64,000 nucleotides of DNA, taken from assembly GCA_012517315.1 (NCBI GenBank), contig JAAYVE010000022.1:24689-88688 (forward strand). The letters are read 5' to 3'. The stretch is from Deltaproteobacteria bacterium (GTDB taxonomy: Bacteria; Desulfobacterota; Syntrophobacteria; Syntrophobacterales; Syntrophobacteraceae). Shown here in pieces: positions 10,006 to 19,968 of this stretch. Numbering within the stretch: the first letter of the stretch is position 1; the number at the start of each line of letters is the position of its first letter. The notes beneath the pieces are model-generated. The model saw only the letters and a program-made list of their open reading frames with translations, did not search any database and was not told where the DNA came from. The translations under genes were made by a program, and so were the position numbers.

Positions 10006-11595
10006 TCAAATCATGAGAGCCGTGTCCGAGGCCTCTTCCGCGGTTTGCCTGTCATCGCCGCAATAGCCCCCCTCCAGCAATTCCTCCACCCTGTCCTGCA
10101 TGCGCAGGATGAGGGGGGGCAGCGTGCGCCTGTCCACGGCCGAGATGGGCACGGCGTCATATCTTCCCGCCTGGATTTTCACGTATTCCGGATCCACTAG
10201 ATCGACCTTGTTGAAGACCAGCACCGTGGGTTTCTCGTGGAGTTGCAGTTGACTGAGGATCCGTTCCACTGCGGCCATCTGCTCCTGGTAACGGGGGTTT
10301 GCGATGTCGACCACGTGGAGAAGCAGGTCTGCATCGTCCAGCTCTTCCAGAGTGGCCGCAAAGGCTTCGATGAGGTCCCGGGGGAGGTTCCGGATGAAAC
10401 CCACCGTGTCCGTGACGATCACCTCGAAGTCCCTGGGAAAGCGCAATCTCCTGCTGGTAGGGTCCAGGGTTGCGAAGAGTTTGTCTTCGACGGTTACGGA
10501 GCTTCGGGTGAGGGCGTTGAGAAGGGTGGACTTGCCCGCGTTGGTATAGCCCACGATGGAGATGACTGGGAGGGACTTGCGCATTCGCTTGGTCCTGCGT
10601 TGGGCGCGGCCCCTTCGCACCGTCTCCAGTTCGCGGTCCAACTGGGAAATCCTGTCCTTGATGCGGCGGCGATTGATTTCCAGGGTGGTTTCACCGGGGC
10701 CCCTGGTACCGATGCCTCCAGTGAGCCGGGACAAAGCGTCGTCCTTCACTCCAAGGCGGGGAAGCAGGTACTTCAGTTGGGCCATTTCCACCTGGATCTT
10801 GCCTTCCCGGCTCTGGGCCCGCTGCGCGAAAATGTCGAGGATAAGCTGGGTCCGGTCGATGACGCGCAGTTCCGTGGTGTCCGTGATCGCCTTCACCTGG
10901 GAGGGGTTGAGATCCTGGTCGAAAATGAGCAGGTCCACTCCCGACTGAAGCGCCCTCAAAACGATCTCGCTCAGCTTGCCTTTCCCAATGAGATACTTGG
11001 GATTGATTTCCCGCTGTCTTTGGATGACCTTCTCTACGGCAAGAATACCGCTGGTGCGCGAGAGTTCCTCCAGTTCATCCATGGAAGTCCTGGCCGTTTC
11101 CCTGTCCGCTGCGGTGACACTCACCAGGATGGCTCGGTCCTGCTGAGTGGCTGAAGGAATCGCCAGGCGGTTTCGTTCCAGTTCGCTTTCCAGGGATTGG
11201 ACCATCTGCTGGAAATCGAGGTGGGGGTCGGAGGCGGCCATGGCTGGAAGGATCTCCCAGCCGGTGGTTCCCTCCTCCCTGGATGGGAGGATGTGGGCCA
11301 CTTCCAGATCAGTGGCACCCCCGTGCCCATCCACCAGGATGGCGGCCACGCAGTCCAGCCGCAGAAAGACGAGATCCATCAAGTCGTCCTGGGTGAGAGA
11401 TTCCTGCTGCAGGTGAGTATGCACAAGGCGAAGCCCCCGCAGGCGCCATCTTCCACCACGGCTCTTCGGCAGGTCCGGGATATAGAGGGATCGGGGTCCC
11501 CCCGCGATGACCATCTCCACAGCCCCACTGCGTCCTATGAGCAGCCCGATCTGTCTGCCGCACTCGAAAGACAGGCGTGCCAAGTCCCTTGCCAA
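10006..11595 (-). CDS. hflX: GTPase HflX (true start probably further upstream, see finding)
   Basis: HflX N-domain LILDIFAQRAQSREGKIQVEMAQLKYLLPRL. G1 GYTNAGKSTL, G3 DTVGF, G4 NKVD. The first canonical start is TTG 11595. Confidence 0.9.
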   Translation of the reverse strand: MARDLARLSFECGRQIGLLIGRSGAVEMVIAGGPRSLYIPDLPKSRGGRWRLRGLRLVHTHLQQESLTQDDLMDLVFLRLDCVAAILVDGHGGATDLEVAHILPSREEGTTGWEILPAMAASDPHLDFQQMVQSLESELERNRLAIPSATQQDRAILVSVTAADRETARTSMDELEELSRTSGILAVEKVIQRQREINPKYLIGKGKLSEIVLRALQSGVDLLIFDQDLNPSQVKAITDTTELRVIDRTQLILDIFAQRAQSREGKIQVEMAQLKYLLPRLGVKDDALSRLTGGIGTRGPGETTLEINRRRIKDRISQLDRELETVRRGRAQRRTKRMRKSLPVISIVGYTNAGKSTLLNALTRSSVTVEDKLFATLDPTSRRLRFPRDFEVIVTDTVGFIRNLPRDLIEAFAATLEELDDADLLLHVVDIANPRYQEQMAAVERILSQLQLHEKPTVLVFNKVDLVDPEYVKIQAGRYDAVPISAVDRRTLPPLILRMQDRVEELLEGGYCGDDRQTAEEASDTALMI

Positions 11596-11727
11596 GTCAG
11601 GGGAGACGACCTGGCGGCTGGGGGTGCGCCGCCGGTAGAGTCGCTCGAGCCGGTGGCGAACAGTGCTCTTGAGACCGCCGATGTTTCCCAGTACCCTGCT
11701 GATGCGAAACCCTCCATTCCTATCGGA

Positions 11728-13041
11728 TCAGATTTTCCGCTCGTCCACGAGACGCACCGCCTTTCCTTCGGATCGGGGCAAGCCGTTGGGTTCCACCAGT
11801 TCAATGCGGGGAGTGAGCAGCAATTCACCCTTGAGGTCGTGGGCGATTTTTTTCTGAACCCGCTGGAGATGTCGCATGTCTTCAACAAAGATGCGATCCG
11901 TCACTTCCACTTTCACGATCATCTCGTCCACGTTGTTCTCCCGGCGAAGGATGATGACATAGTTGTTTCCGACCTCCGCAATATTCATTAGAACCTGTTC
12001 CACCTGGACCGGGAAGATGTTGACCCCCTTGATGATGAACATGTCGTCGCTGCGCCCCTGGATTCTGTCCAGGCGGACGTGAGCACGGCCGCACGGGCAT
12101 TCACCTGGAAGGAGGCGAGTGAGGTCCTTGGTGCGGTAGCGGAGGATGGGCATGGCGTCGCGGTTCAAAGTGGTGAGGACCAGCTCTCCCAGGGTGCCTT
12201 CCGGCACCGGCGCCAGGGTTTCCGGGTCCAGGACCTCGACCCAATATGCATCCTCCCAAATGTGCATCCCCGTTTTCCAGGGGCACTCGAAGGCCACACC
12301 CGGACCGTTCATCTCCGAGAGGCCGTAGCTGTTGTACACGTCGATCCCGTAGAACTCCTCAACACGCCGGCGCACCTCCTCGGAATAGGGTTCGGCGCCC
12401 AAGTAAGCGATGCGCAGGCTGAGTTCCTTTCGCGGGTCTAGTCCCATTTCGGTCATGATGTCCATGAGCCGCAGGGCGTAGCTGGGAATGATGTGCATGA
12501 CCGTGGTGGAGAAATCCCTCATGAGCTGAATCTGGCGCCTGCTGTTGCCGGCCCCGGATGGGATGGTCAAGAGGCCCAGCCGCTCGGCCCCGTAGTGGAA
12601 CCCGAGGCCGCCGGTGAAAAGACCGTATCCGGTGAGGTTCTGGAAGGTGTCTCCGGGCCTTGCCCCCGTCATGTACATGCATCGGGCCAGAAGATCGGCC
12701 CAGTGATCCACATCGTGGCGCGAATAGAAGACCGCCGTGGCCTGACCTGTGGTGCCGGAAGAGACATGGAGCCTGACGAGCTTGTCCTTCGTCGTGCACA
12801 GAAGACCATAGGGATACTGGTTGCGCAGATCCTGCTTCGTGGTGAGGGGGAGCTTTCGGATGTCTTCTGGAGAGCGGATGTCCCCAGGGGAGATGCCCGC
12901 TTCCCCGAGTCTTGCCTGGTAGAAGGGAGAGCAAAGCACCCGCTCCAGGGTGCTCCTGAGGCGGTGCAATTGCAGGGCGCGCAGCCGCTCGCGGTCAAGG
13001 GCCTCGGCGGGAGCATCCCAAAACACGTCGGTTCTTTTCAT
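11728..13041 (-). CDS. paaK: Phenylacetate-CoA ligase family protein (PaaK / F390-synthetase-like)
   Basis: 437 aa. FYQARLGEAGI, RKLPLTTKQDLR, VSSGTTGQATAVFYS, RTKDLT are characteristic of PaaK-type adenylate-forming enzymes. Confidence 0.85.
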   Translation of the reverse strand: MKRTDVFWDAPAEALDRERLRALQLHRLRSTLERVLCSPFYQARLGEAGISPGDIRSPEDIRKLPLTTKQDLRNQYPYGLLCTTKDKLVRLHVSSGTTGQATAVFYSRHDVDHWADLLARCMYMTGARPGDTFQNLTGYGLFTGGLGFHYGAERLGLLTIPSGAGNSRRQIQLMRDFSTTVMHIIPSYALRLMDIMTEMGLDPRKELSLRIAYLGAEPYSEEVRRRVEEFYGIDVYNSYGLSEMNGPGVAFECPWKTGMHIWEDAYWVEVLDPETLAPVPEGTLGELVLTTLNRDAMPILRYRTKDLTRLLPGECPCGRAHVRLDRIQGRSDDMFIIKGVNIFPVQVEQVLMNIAEVGNNYVIILRRENNVDEMIVKVEVTDRIFVEDMRHLQRVQKKIAHDLKGELLLTPRIELVEPNGLPRSEGKAVRLVDERKI

Positions 13042-13179
13042 GATCTGACCTCAACGGTTGATTGCCGCAGCAATGGAAGGTGGGACGGATGGGGCGCAAA
13101 CCGGTGGAAGTTCGTGGGAAAAAGGGCGGTGAAGCGTCGAGAACATGCGGGAGAATGAGATCCCGCGGCAGCGAAGCTG

Positions 13180-14520
13180 TCAGCCGCCGTAGGCCAAATT
13201 CTCAAACCGCGTGTACGAGTTGATGTAGGCCAACTTGACATCGCCCGTAGGTCCGTTGCGCTGCTTGCCGATGCTGATTTCGGCGATTCCCTTGTCGGTG
13301 GTGCCGGGGTTGTACACTTCGTCCCGGTAGATGAACGCGATGACGTCCGCGTCTTGCTCGATGGCACCCGATTCCCGAATGTCGCTCATGACCGGCCTTT
13401 TGTTGTTGCGTTCCTCCACTTTCCGGTTGAGCTGGGACAGGGCGATGACGGGGATGTTCAGTTCCTTGGCGAGGGCCTTGAGAGCCCGTGAGATTTCCGA
13501 AATCTCCTGCTCCCGGCGTTCTGTTCCCTCCCTGCCCCGCATGAGCTGGAGATAATCCACGATGACGAGTCCAAGCCCACGGTCCGCCATCATGCGGCGG
13601 GCTTTCGCCCTCAATTCCAGCGCGGAGATGGCCGGCGTGTCGTCGATGTAGATGGGAACGTCGAAGAAATCCCCCGCAGCCTTCAGGAGTTTTGAGATCT
13701 CCTGCTGGTTGAGGAACCCGCTGCGAATCTTGTGCGAGTCCACCCTCGCCTCACTGCACAGGAGGCGCATAGCCAGCTGCTCCCTGCTCATTTCCAGGGA
13801 GAAGATCCCCACCGGGATTCCACTCTCGAGGGCTGCGTTCCTTGCGATGTTCAGGGCGAAAGCGGTTTTCCCCATGCTGGGGCGCGCCGCGATGATGATG
13901 AGGTCAGATGGCTGAAAGCCTGCGGTGAGCTTGTCCAGGTCCTTGAAATGACTTGGTACTCCCGTCACCATGTCCCTGGATTCCTGGAAGCGCTCAATGG
14001 CCTCGATGCTCTTCTTGAGGATTTCTTTCAGAGGAAAGTAACTGGTGCGCGAACGGTTCTGGGTCACGTTGAAAATGGCCGCTTCAGCGACATCCAGAAT
14101 CTCCTCCAGGCTCTTGCCCCCACCGTAGCAGTGGGCGATCACTTCGTTGGCGGCCTGGATGAGTCGGCGCAGGAGGGCCTTCTCGTTGACGATCTTGGCG
14201 TAAACGGCCACATTGCTGGCCGATGGGACCGTTTCCACGAGGGATGCCAGGTAAGTGGCCCCCCCTACGATCTCCAGCTGCTCCTTGCGTTTGAGCAGGT
14301 CGGATACGGTGATGAGGTCGACAGGTTCATTGCGCTCGAAGAGATCCAGAATGGCGCGAAAGATGATGCGGTGGGAGTCCCGGTAGAATTCGTCCCCCCT
14401 TAGCATTTCCAGGGCCGAAGGAAGCCCGGTGTTGTCCAGGAGGATTCCCCCGAGGAGAGACTGTTCCGCCTCGATCTGCTGGGGAGGAACCCTCTTAAGT
14501 TCTTCGGAGACGCCCTCCAC
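13180..14520 (-). CDS. dnaB: Replicative DNA helicase DnaB
   Basis: PPQQIEAEQSLLGGILLD, Walker A ARPSMGKTAFALN, IVDYLQLM, RNGPTG. 446 aa with no intein. Confidence 0.95.
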   Translation of the reverse strand: MEGVSEELKRVPPQQIEAEQSLLGGILLDNTGLPSALEMLRGDEFYRDSHRIIFRAILDLFERNEPVDLITVSDLLKRKEQLEIVGGATYLASLVETVPSASNVAVYAKIVNEKALLRRLIQAANEVIAHCYGGGKSLEEILDVAEAAIFNVTQNRSRTSYFPLKEILKKSIEAIERFQESRDMVTGVPSHFKDLDKLTAGFQPSDLIIIAARPSMGKTAFALNIARNAALESGIPVGIFSLEMSREQLAMRLLCSEARVDSHKIRSGFLNQQEISKLLKAAGDFFDVPIYIDDTPAISALELRAKARRMMADRGLGLVIVDYLQLMRGREGTERREQEISEISRALKALAKELNIPVIALSQLNRKVEERNNKRPVMSDIRESGAIEQDADVIAFIYRDEVYNPGTTDKGIAEISIGKQRNGPTGDVKLAYINSYTRFENLAYGG

Positions 14521-14523
14521 GGC

Positions 14524-14970
14524 CTATTCTTCCTTCTCCACGATGACGTTCACCTGGGCGGTGATCTGGGTATCGACCCGGACGGGAACCGTATACTCCC
14601 CCAACTGCTTGATGGGCTGTTCCAGGAGAATGTCCCGGCGAGGGACGTCGAATCCTTGTTCATGCAAAAACCCGTGGATATCCGATGTGCTCACGGAGCC
14701 GTAAAGCTTGTCATCTTCGGACACCTTGCGCTTGAGGACGATCTTCAACCGGTTGATCTTCTCGGCGAGGGAGAGCATCTCCTGGCGCACCTTTTCACGT
14801 TTCAGCGCAAGCAGTTTCTTCCTGTGTTCCAGTTCGCGCACATTCTTGCCGATGGCTTCCAGGGCCAACCGCTGGGGAAAGAGATAGTTGCGCGCGTAGC
14901 CGGGAGCCACGTTCACCACGTCCCCGATCTGTCCCAGGGATTGAATGTTCTCGGTCAGAATCACCTTCAT
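14524..14970 (-). CDS. rplI: 50S ribosomal protein L9
   Basis: MKVILTENIQSLGQIGDVVNVAPGYARNYLFPQ. Confidence 0.95.
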   Translation of the reverse strand: MKVILTENIQSLGQIGDVVNVAPGYARNYLFPQRLALEAIGKNVRELEHRKKLLALKREKVRQEMLSLAEKINRLKIVLKRKVSEDDKLYGSVSTSDIHGFLHEQGFDVPRRDILLEQPIKQLGEYTVPVRVDTQITAQVNVIVEKEE

Positions 14971-15003
14971 CGTTTGCTCCTCATATTTTCTGGAATGAAG
15001 TCC

Positions 15004-15990
15004 CTATGCACTGGAATTGAGCTTCTGGGAAAGACGCCGAAAGTCGAACCACATGTCGAAAAGCCCCATGAAAATCGCAATGAGCGTGGCAATCTGCTGC
15101 AGGAGGACCAGCCCGTAAAGGAGAGCCTTCAACAGGCGCGGAAGTTTCCATCGCTCGAAAAAAAATCCGAGCACGGCCATGCCTTGAAAGAGGTAGACCG
15201 TTCCGAGTACCACCAGAAGGTTCAGACCCAGGGTCTTCACAAAGGATGGAACGGGCACGAGCAGAATGAAACCTGCCGCAATGACTCCCCACACGAGGAT
15301 CTCAGGGGCTTTCCAATGGGACCAGTTCTGCGTTGAAGCGCAGGTCAGGTTGTAAAGTCTGCAGTATCGTCTCAGGACCAGCAAATTGAGCCACGAAACC
15401 ACCAGCAAGGACGAAAGGACACCTCCCGGGGCAAGACGGGCCACGACGGGTACCACCCGCTGCATTGCCTCTTCCATCGCGGGTTTCTCCGGCGCCAGCC
15501 CTTCAGCTTCCTGAACAGCCATGCGGAATGCCTGCCCCAAGTCCTCCTCAAACACCTCCAAGGGGTTGCGCCCTCCTTGAACGTGGGCCATCAGGAACAG
15601 GCCGACCCCGATGGCGAAAACGGCGATGGTGGCGATGAAAACGGTTCTCTCGACCGACCACTGGCGCCGCATGCCGAATCCCAGGATAAAACCCAGCATC
15701 AGCATGGCCAAATAATACGGGATGCTCTGAGCGGCCCCGATGGCAGCGAGAGCGGCGGACCCTGCTGCGGCTGCGCACCCGGGAACCCAGTAGCCCCTGG
15801 GACTCCCCCACCGAAAAAAGAACAGGGCGCATGGGAAGGGCGTGAAGACCCCCGCTGGAAGACCCATGATGGGCACGAGCAACACGGTGAAGTAGCACAA
15901 AAGTGTCGCCAGAACGCTGAAAAAAACCTCCCGAAAAAGCAGGAGGGCCCGAACCGGCACCGTTTTTTCATCATGTGCATTCATGGGCAA
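15004..15990 (-). CDS. Polytopic membrane protein, DUF2232/YybS-like
   Basis: 328-aa hydrophobic ORF lying between rpsR and rplI, the conserved position of YybS/DUF2232 genes. The family call rests on context plus general resemblance. Confidence 0.65.
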   Translation of the reverse strand: MPMNAHDEKTVPVRALLLFREVFFSVLATLLCYFTVLLVPIMGLPAGVFTPFPCALFFFRWGSPRGYWVPGCAAAAGSAALAAIGAAQSIPYYLAMLMLGFILGFGMRRQWSVERTVFIATIAVFAIGVGLFLMAHVQGGRNPLEVFEEDLGQAFRMAVQEAEGLAPEKPAMEEAMQRVVPVVARLAPGGVLSSLLVVSWLNLLVLRRYCRLYNLTCASTQNWSHWKAPEILVWGVIAAGFILLVPVPSFVKTLGLNLLVVLGTVYLFQGMAVLGFFFERWKLPRLLKALLYGLVLLQQIATLIAIFMGLFDMWFDFRRLSQKLNSSA

Positions 15991-16023
15991 CCATCAGGGA
16001 CTTGCCGGCCTGCCGGCCCCTTC

Positions 16024-16269
16024 TCACACCGTGTGAACGGTAGTGAAAGGCAGTAGGGCGATCTGCCTTGCCCGTTTCACCGCCAGCGTCAATACGCGCT
16101 GGTGCTTGGCACAGTTGCCGGAAATCCTTCTGGGTACGATCTTTCCCCGCTCCGTCACAAAATAGCGCAGTGTCTTGGAATCCTTGTAGTCAATTTTCAT
16201 CTCGGCATCGACGCAGAATCGGCAGACCTTGCGTCGATGAAAGGTGCGTCGTTTGCTTCTCATGGCCAT
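16024..16269 (-). CDS. rpsR: 30S ribosomal protein S18
   Basis: [15 protein letters not shown]...[25 protein letters not shown]. Confidence 0.95.
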   Translation of the reverse strand: MAMRSKRRTFHRRKVCRFCVDAEMKIDYKDSKTLRYFVTERGKIVPRRISGNCAKHQRVLTLAVKRARQIALLPFTTVHTV

Positions 16270-16328
16270 GGCCTATTTCCTTTCACGATGGTCGATCGAG
16301 AAAAAGGGGCGGGGACGGCAGGGAACGC

Positions 16329-16784
16329 CTAGCTCTCGTCCTCCTCCTCGCTCGCATCCACATCCTCGTCCATTGCCGAAAGTTGCTCCTCCTCCTGCTC
16401 TACGACAGGGAAGGATTCCTTTTCAGGGGTCACTTCCTCTGTCTCCGCGGCCGCCTGGGCAGCGCCCCTGCGGGCCTCTTCCTTTTCCGGATCGAACCGT
16501 TCCTCCAGTTTCACGGTGATGAACTTGAGGAGGCGCTCGTCCAGGCGCATGTTGCGCTCCAGTTCCGCAACGAGCTTGGGACCGCCCGCGTATTCCATGA
16601 GCACATAATGGCCGCGTATGCGCTTCTTTACAGGATAGGCAAGCTTCTTCTTGCCCCAGGAAGCGTAGGAGAGGAGAGTGCCGCCGTTGGAGGAGACGAC
16701 CGTTTTGAGTTTTTCATCCACGGCGGCGTTGGCTTCATCGGAAAGGTCCGGATCCAGGATAAAAAATGTTTCGTACTTTCTCAT
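16329..16784 (-). CDS. rpsF: 30S ribosomal protein S6 with acidic C-terminal tail
   Basis: MRKYETFFILDPDL...WGKKKLAYPVKK, tail ...DEDVDASEEEDES, and a strong AAAGGAGGAA RBS. Confidence 0.95.
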   Translation of the reverse strand: MRKYETFFILDPDLSDEANAAVDEKLKTVVSSNGGTLLSYASWGKKKLAYPVKKRIRGHYVLMEYAGGPKLVAELERNMRLDERLLKFITVKLEERFDPEKEEARRGAAQAAAETEEVTPEKESFPVVEQEEEQLSAMDEDVDASEEEDES

Positions 16785-17109
16785 TCAAAATTCCTCCTTT
16801 TGGGTTGGCAGCCCCTCTCCTCAGTGGGATTGGAGCAAGGAGCCCATTGTCTGGGAAAAATATTAGCTAACACAGTGGCTGAAAACGCGTCAAGGAATTT
16901 CTCAACCGGTTGCCAGCTGTTCCTTCGACAATCGTGATGTGTTGCGGTGAAGGCCGGAAGGGGAGGCGCTGGCAGTGAGGGCATGACGCCCCCTGGGGAG
17001 GATCGGCTGAACAGGTGATCACATGCCTGGGATAAGGCGGCAAGTCGGAAGCATCGTATCCGTCCGCCGAGGATTCCGGTCCCAGGGCGGCCGGGGCCTG
17101 AAGCGCCCT

Positions 17110-17481
17110 TCATTTGCCCCGATGCACGCCTTTCCAGGAAGGGGAGAATTCAAAAACCAGCTCGTTTTCTCTAGCCCACCCCAGTTGCTGCCGGACGAGG
17201 CGTTCCTGTGTCCTGGTGTTGCTCTTGAGACTCTGAATCAGTTGGAACATCCTCTGATTGTCTTCCTCGAGCTTTCGGATCTTCCCCAGCACCTCCTCCA
17301 CCTGCTGATTCTGCTGTTTCAGCCCTCGGATTCCCTGTTCGGACACTAGGATGGAGGAAGCGAGGAGCCCGTTCAAAACCAGAAGGAGAGCGCAAAGGGC
17401 GATGAAAATGTGGGACGCCTTCACGGTAGCTCGCTGGCTTCTTGCCAGATACCTGTTCTTTGCCGTTGCCTGGATTTCCAT
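17110..17481 (-). CDS. Septum formation initiator (FtsB/DivIC-like) protein
   Basis: 123 aa. One TM helix (IFIALCALLLVLNGLLASSIL), then a leucine-zipper-like coiled coil and ERLVRQQLGWARENELVFEF, a typical FtsB C-terminal motif. Confidence 0.7.
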   Translation of the reverse strand: MEIQATAKNRYLARSQRATVKASHIFIALCALLLVLNGLLASSILVSEQGIRGLKQQNQQVEEVLGKIRKLEEDNQRMFQLIQSLKSNTRTQERLVRQQLGWARENELVFEFSPSWKGVHRGK

Positions 17482-17490
17482 GTCGATTCC

Positions 17491-19074
17491 TCAGACAAGA
17501 GCCCTTTCCGGTATGTTGACGGAGGGGAAGAGCCGCGGGTCTGTGTGGGGAAGAAACAAAGCTCCCCGGAACTCATTCATGAGTTCCATGTTCACGTTGA
17601 GCTCGATATATGTGATCCGCTCGCAAACTGCTTCCACTTCGGCGAGCAGCCCCCGGTCCATGAGGAGCATCATTCCCCCCAGTCCCACAGTGTCCTGAAG
17701 TCCCTGGTAAATGTCCAGAGGTAGATCGGGAAGCATTCCGATGCGAATGGCCATGGCCGGATCGATGGTGTTGCCGAACGTCCCCGCCACGTAAAATCGT
17801 TTCAAGTCATTGAAACTAAGGCCCACCTTGTTCATGATCACCGTGAGAATGGTGAACATGGCCGCTTTCGATTTGAGGAAAATGCCCACGTCGATCTCCG
17901 ATACGCTGAGATCCCGACCGTCGGCCGTTTCGTTCCCGAAGGCAACCACAAAGGCGGGAACGTCGCCGGAGACGTCGATTCGTGGGGAGTCACAACGGGT
18001 GTTGATTTTTCCCTGGATCGTGAGGATCCCCGCCATGAACATTTCGGCTATCAGGTCGATCAGTCCCGAACCGCAAAGACCTCTGGGCTTTCCTTCGCCG
18101 ATGACGTGAAAGTCCACGTGGAAAGTCTCAGGGTCGATCCTGACCCTGTCAACAGCCCCTGGAGAAGCCATCATTCCCCGTTCTACGACCCCCCCCTCAA
18201 GGGCAGGCCCCGCTGCGCCGGCACAGGCGATGAGCCAGTGGCGGTTGCCGAGCACCACCTCGGCATTGGTTCCCACGTCCACCAAGAGGCTCGTTTCCTC
18301 CGCCAGGTGCATGCCCGATGCGATGATTCCCGCCACGAGGTCACCGCCGAAATAGGAGCCCACGTTGGGAAAGAGGTAAACCAACGCCCGGGGATGAATG
18401 GCCAGCCGCAGTTCCTCCCCGTGGTAGAACGGAAAATGGTTCACTGCGGGGATGTAAGGTTCCCGGCAGATATGGGATGGGTCCAGGCTCAGAAACAAGT
18501 GGGACATGGTGGTGTTGCCCCCGATCACCAGTGCGAAAACCTCGGCCGAGGAGCGGCCGGCACGCTCCAGCATGGACTCCATGGTTTGGTTAAAAGCCTG
18601 CCTGAGCAAGCTCTGCAGTCTTTCAAGATTCTCCTGTTCACGGGCGAAAAGAATCCGGGTCAGGATGTCCTCGCCGTAGGGAATCTGGGGGTTCGCTGCG
18701 GACGAGCGTTCCAGCAGTCTTCCCGAAGTGAGGTCCATCAGGTAGAAACAAAGACGCGTTGTTCCCAGATCCGCAGCAAAGGCGAGGACGGACCCTGTTA
18801 CCCGGCCCGGCGACACGTCGAGGATTTCCCACTGCAGCCCGTTGTACCCCAGGTGAACGGTGACCTTGAAATCCCCGGCACGAACGGCCCGTACCCACCG
18901 GGGAATGTATAAAGGGGGAACCGCGAGGGGAGCGAATCCTTCCTTCCTGAGAAGCCTCAGGAGGCGGTCCAGATCAGCCGCGTTGTCGTTCAAGTTGGGT
19001 GGGGGAAGTTCGACATGAACACGCTGCACCAGGGGACGGGGGGTTAACCATGAAGGGAGCTTCATTGCATTCAA
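17491..19074 (-). CDS. ASKHA-fold protein, DUF4445 / RACo (corrinoid reductive activase)-like, lacking the N-terminal 2Fe-2S ferredoxin domain
   Basis: 527 aa. FAADLGTTRLCFYLMDL and LLVDVGTNAEVVLG (actin-like phosphate motifs), CAGAAGPALEGG, MLPDLP. No Cys cluster in the first 100 aa. Confidence 0.7.
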   Translation of the reverse strand: MNAMKLPSWLTPRPLVQRVHVELPPPNLNDNAADLDRLLRLLRKEGFAPLAVPPLYIPRWVRAVRAGDFKVTVHLGYNGLQWEILDVSPGRVTGSVLAFAADLGTTRLCFYLMDLTSGRLLERSSAANPQIPYGEDILTRILFAREQENLERLQSLLRQAFNQTMESMLERAGRSSAEVFALVIGGNTTMSHLFLSLDPSHICREPYIPAVNHFPFYHGEELRLAIHPRALVYLFPNVGSYFGGDLVAGIIASGMHLAEETSLLVDVGTNAEVVLGNRHWLIACAGAAGPALEGGVVERGMMASPGAVDRVRIDPETFHVDFHVIGEGKPRGLCGSGLIDLIAEMFMAGILTIQGKINTRCDSPRIDVSGDVPAFVVAFGNETADGRDLSVSEIDVGIFLKSKAAMFTILTVIMNKVGLSFNDLKRFYVAGTFGNTIDPAMAIRIGMLPDLPLDIYQGLQDTVGLGGMMLLMDRGLLAEVEAVCERITYIELNVNMELMNEFRGALFLPHTDPRLFPSVNIPERALV

Positions 19075-19116
19075 TCCTCGAAGCCTTCACCGGTGCCCGG
19101 GATTTTCCGAAGCTGG

Positions 19117-19968
19117 TCAGGTCCAGCGGATGGGCTCAAACTGCATGATGTTCACCGTGAGTTCAAGAAAACCGCATATCATAATATCCGATATATTCAA
19201 GCAAAAACGCGCATCCAAACGATCGAGGGCCTTTTGGACGCATTCTCCCGGTTCCAGATTGAACGAGACGGCATGAGGGTTTTGGAAGTGCGCCGGATTG
19301 CACCAGTGGGGGGGAGAGAGGCTGAAGTGCATCCGGCAGGCCATAGGGCGGTAAGGATAAACGACGCAGAAGGAGCGGTGGAGAAACGGGCATGGCATGC
19401 ACTGGCCCAGATAGCGCTTCAACAGTTCCTCCCTCGAGTGGTGGAGGGCACCCGGAGCGTCACGGTCATCTTGGCGTGGGTTCCTTTGGAGGAGCCCCTC
19501 CCAGGTTTCTCCCGCTTCAAGGCATCTGCGGAAGAGACGGGGGGCCATGCCGGTGCAGACGGATCCGTGATAGATGCCGATGAGTTCGAGATTGCTCAGT
19601 CCCGAAGGCATGTTGTAACAGCAGTGGGGGCACTGCGGTCCACAGCGTACGAAGATTCCCCGATCCTGGAGACAACCCAGGAGATAACGTGTGGATTCGT
19701 CGAAAAGATCCATCACTCGCCGAAAAGTCTCGAGCACCCGGCCGGGAAGACTCCTCCGTGTCCCGAAGTGCCTCAGCTCTTCCATTCCGGCGATATCCAG
19801 GAGCAATCGGGCGATTTTTTTCTGGTAACCGCCGACCACCCGGCGTTCCGGCTCCCGCAAAGAGTTCAGGGAGGGGGAAAAGGGTTCCTTTTCTGCCACT
19901 ATAAGATCTTTCACCACTGGGATGCCCTGCACGTTCAAGGCGATGCGGGTACGTCGCATGACCGGCAT
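19117..19968 (-). CDS. YkgJ/UPF0153-type Cys-cluster (zinc/iron-chelating) domain protein
   Basis: CPHCCYN followed by CPFLHRSFCVVYPYRPMACRMH, matching the CxxCC ... C.FL...C.IY..RP..CR pattern. Confidence 0.65.
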   Translation of the reverse strand: MPVMRRTRIALNVQGIPVVKDLIVAEKEPFSPSLNSLREPERRVVGGYQKKIARLLLDIAGMEELRHFGTRRSLPGRVLETFRRVMDLFDESTRYLLGCLQDRGIFVRCGPQCPHCCYNMPSGLSNLELIGIYHGSVCTGMAPRLFRRCLEAGETWEGLLQRNPRQDDRDAPGALHHSREELLKRYLGQCMPCPFLHRSFCVVYPYRPMACRMHFSLSPPHWCNPAHFQNPHAVSFNLEPGECVQKALDRLDARFCLNISDIMICGFLELTVNIMQFEPIRWT

